Source of the DNA: Bacteroidales bacterium
GTDB lineage: Bacteria > Bacteroidota > Bacteroidia > Bacteroidales > UBA932
Assembly: GCA_051658505.1 (NCBI GenBank)
Contig: JBOFMS010000002.1
Span: forward strand, 1-37,203
Length of the DNA stretch: 37,203 bases
Direction: 5' to 3'
The notes beneath the pieces were generated by a model. That model had not been told where the DNA came from. It saw only the letters and a list, made by a program, of their open reading frames with translations, and did no database searches. Positions 37,146-37,203 of the stretch are shown here, in pieces; position 1 is the first letter of the stretch, and each line of letters opens with the position of its first letter. The translations under genes were made by a program, and so were the position numbers.

Positions 37146-37203
37146 AAGCAATATTTTTTTAGAACCTTTTCCAAAGTCTTGACCTTTTTTGTTTCGTTTT
37201 TTG

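Noticed and set aside
1-37203. CRISPR arrays, insertion sequences, integrases, prophage or defence islands
   Set aside because: I found no regularly spaced direct repeats. No ORF shows transposase, integrase, recombinase, nuclease-helicase or restriction-methylase signatures. Every large ORF has a plausible housekeeping or envelope assignment.

Overview
This 37.2-kb window is A+T-rich and looks like a core chromosomal region of a Bacteroidota genome. The phylum assignment rests on three things: a T9SS porQ-like gene, a FISH/TIGR02145-type paralogous-domain protein, and TAnnTTTG -7 promoter boxes 20-60 nt upstream of many start codons with no Shine-Dalgarno sequences. I call 32 protein genes and one tRNA-Ser(GCU). 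Almost all are housekeeping. They cover GTPases (era, der), lipid and LPS synthesis (plsY, kdsB), DNA functions (mfd, dnaE), nucleotide and tRNA metabolism (cmk, cdd, miaA, a nucleoside phosphorylase), cell wall (mltG, a SPOR protein), isoprenoid synthesis (a polyprenyl synthase), a nucleotide-sugar block (ugd, UDP-glucuronate decarboxylase, rfbD, phosphohexomutase), pepE, and several lipoproteins or conserved unknowns. I corrected several ORF-track starts where the 5' extension overlaps an upstream gene or a terminator hairpin. I see no CRISPR array, transposase, integrase, phage gene, toxin-antitoxin pair or recognisable defence module, and I cannot support a claim of a novel multi-gene system here. 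Five things are left unexplained by ordinary annotation. (1) A G+C-rich island at about 36650-37150 is built from three related hairpin elements in alternating orientation, with compensatory stem changes, bracketed by same-strand CTACCACC tracts. (2) A roughly 640-bp ORF-free spacer at 20235-20908 includes a roughly 200-nt structured leader in front of an orphan Fe/B12-class binding-protein gene, and that leader lacks cobalamin-riboswitch motifs. (3) A roughly 510-bp ORF-free spacer lies at 12246-12758. (4) A secreted, extremely K/E/A/Q-rich coiled-coil protein is translationally coupled to kdsB. (5) A short motif, GTGCTTAC, recurs in three long spacers. All product calls come from motif recognition by eye; no searches were run.
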